A DNA stretch of 4,445 nucleotides from Escherichia coli. Its GTDB lineage: Bacteria; Pseudomonadota; Gammaproteobacteria; Enterobacterales; Enterobacteriaceae. Made by a program: the position numbers and the translations under genes. Below the pieces are notes generated by a model. The model searched no databases and was not told the DNA's origin. It saw only the letters and a program-made list of their open reading frames with translations. The stretch is taken from NCBI RefSeq assembly GCF_030384885.1, contig NZ_CP128616.1, one strand, 5' to 3'. This document shows positions 4,426 to 4,445 of the stretch, one piece after another. The first letter of the stretch is position 1. Each line of letters opens with the position of its first letter.

Positions 4426-4445
4426 ATGAGCAATAAGATCTATAG
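4426..4445 (+). CDS. 5' end of the tandem-repeat protein gene (3'-partial in window; continues in frame at position 1 if the molecule is circular)
   Basis: ATG at 4426 with GGAG 6 nt upstream; encodes MSNKIY then R from the junction codon (4444-4445 plus position 1), followed by TVSHVDGW... at 2 onward. The repeat unit sequence itself continues across the junction (aataagatctatag|a versus aataaaatctacagga). Confidence 0.6.

Overview
The window reads as a small ColE1-type plasmid, probably a complete 4445-bp circle linearised inside a gene. All assignments are from reading the sequence and recalled family motifs; no searches were run. Recognisable backbone: a cer-like XerC/XerD multimer-resolution site (295-324), rop (1412-1615), and a ColE1-type origin with RNAI on the + strand, RNAII on the - strand and a DnaA box (about 1830-2480). 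Cargo: a higB/higA-like toxin-antitoxin pair on the - strand (3460-3143, 2940-2584), split by an unusual 200-bp spacer and sharing a palindrome-rich divergent promoter region with a small Cys/His-containing ORF (3647-3889). Downstream are a possible 43-codon basic ORF, an intrinsic terminator, and a 67-aa single-helix membrane peptide gene (4132-4335). A gene built from four in-frame 23-aa tandem repeats appears to start at 4426 and continue across the window junction to a stop at 260-262. Least explained: a 16-bp XerD-arm-like motif present three times in direct orientation around the two small genes, and a roughly 1.1-kb stretch (300-1400) with no convincing ORF that holds a phased GCCCAC motif array with a perfect 17-bp inverted repeat and a 19-bp near-perfect palindrome. 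No transposase, integrase, CRISPR, rRNA or tRNA was seen.
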